64,000 nt of DNA from an uncultured Alphaproteobacteria bacterium (GTDB lineage Bacteria; Pseudomonadota; Alphaproteobacteria; ATCC43930; CGMCC-115725): positions 56,847-120,846 of the forward strand of contig CAVTUM010000002.1 in the NCBI GenBank assembly GCA_963737875.1. The letters run 5' to 3'. A model generated the notes under the pieces. The model ran no database searches, was not told where the DNA came from, and saw only the letters and a list, made by a program, of their open reading frames with translations. The translations under genes and the position numbers were made by a program. Of the stretch, positions 63,638-64,000 are shown piece by piece (position 1 is the stretch's first letter; each line of letters begins with the position of its first letter).

Positions 63638-64000
63638 TCACGCAACTTCGCCGAGCGTGCCGTAGCCGCGCTTCTCGAGTTCGACGGCGAGGGACTTGTC
63701 GCCGCTTTCGACGATGCGCCCGTCTTGCAGCACGTGCACATGGTCGGGTTCGACATAGTCGAGCAGGCGCTGGTAATGGGTGATCATCACGATCGAGCGG
63801 TCGCGCGCGCGCAGTTCGTTGACGCCTTTCGCGACAACCCGCAGCGCGTCGATGTCGAGGCCGCTATCGGTCTCGTCGAGGATCGCGAGGCGCGGTTCCA
63901 GCATCGCCATCTGGAAGATTTCGTTGCGCTTTTTCTCGCCGCCGGAAAACCCGACATTGACCGCGCGCTGCAACAAATCATCACCGATATCGAGGAGTTT
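63638..64000 (-). CDS. sufC: Fe-S cluster assembly ATPase SufC (C-terminal part; 5-prime end beyond window)
   Basis: …[48 protein letters not shown]…[12 protein letters not shown] (ABC signature, Walker B, H-loop). Confidence 0.9.
   Translation of the reverse strand, partial: KLLDIGDDLLQRAVNVGFSGGEKKRNEIFQMAMLEPRLAILDETDSGLDIDALRVVAKGVNELRARDRSIVMITHYQRLLDYVEPDHVHVLQDGRIVESGDKSLAVELEKRGYGTLGEVA

Overview
High-GC (~66-68%) alphaproteobacterial chromosomal segment, Bradyrhizobiaceae-like judging by its palindromic repeat motifs, made up mostly of housekeeping and catabolic genes plus one glycan-biosynthesis island.

The glycan island (48.9-56.7 kb) is the most notable locus. It contains a three-module GT4 glycosyltransferase of 1375 aa. 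A 796-aa protein sits immediately upstream of and overlaps the glycosyltransferase gene; it carries an N-terminal FkbM methyltransferase domain, eight 105-bp tandem coiled-coil repeats and a TPR region. A second FkbM methyltransferase lies convergent to it. The architecture recalls the WbdD/WbdA terminator and molecular-ruler systems that set O-polysaccharide chain length.

Other recognised content, in order along the window:
- phosphotransferase (partial), acyl-CoA dehydrogenase, orphan Phd/YefM antitoxin, NADP-dependent oxidoreductase, polA, zf-CHCC protein
- alpha/beta hydrolase, cupin, 2OG-Fe(II) oxygenase, TPP riboswitch with thiC, NUDIX hydrolase, CitE-like lyase, CoA-transferase
- rpsU, adenylate cyclase-TPR, peptide SBP, esterase, SDR, CMD-family protein, two AKRs, two LLM oxidoreductases, Spy/CpxP
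- M20 amidohydrolase, NMT1-like SBP, asparaginase, SDR, flotillin, DMT exporter, M81 peptidase, amidase, LivK-like SBP, BNR protein
- two tandem MFS exporters, porin, PagL-like protein, 2OG oxygenase, fused NitT/TauT permease
- a histidine kinase and a lipoprotein beside the glycan island, and the 3-prime end of a suf operon (sufC, sufD, sufS, sufU, sufT).

About 30 single-nucleotide frameshifts disrupt at least 15 otherwise well-conserved genes. Most are +1 insertions in short G/C runs; thiC alone has five. They may be sequencing artefacts or very recent pseudogenization.

Other features are a ~0.9-kb AT-rich islet with small unknown ORFs, four families of palindromic MITE/REP-like repeats (one copy inside the suf operon between sufC and sufD), and a 36-aa remnant of an Old Yellow Enzyme gene. 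No rRNA, tRNA or CRISPR was seen.
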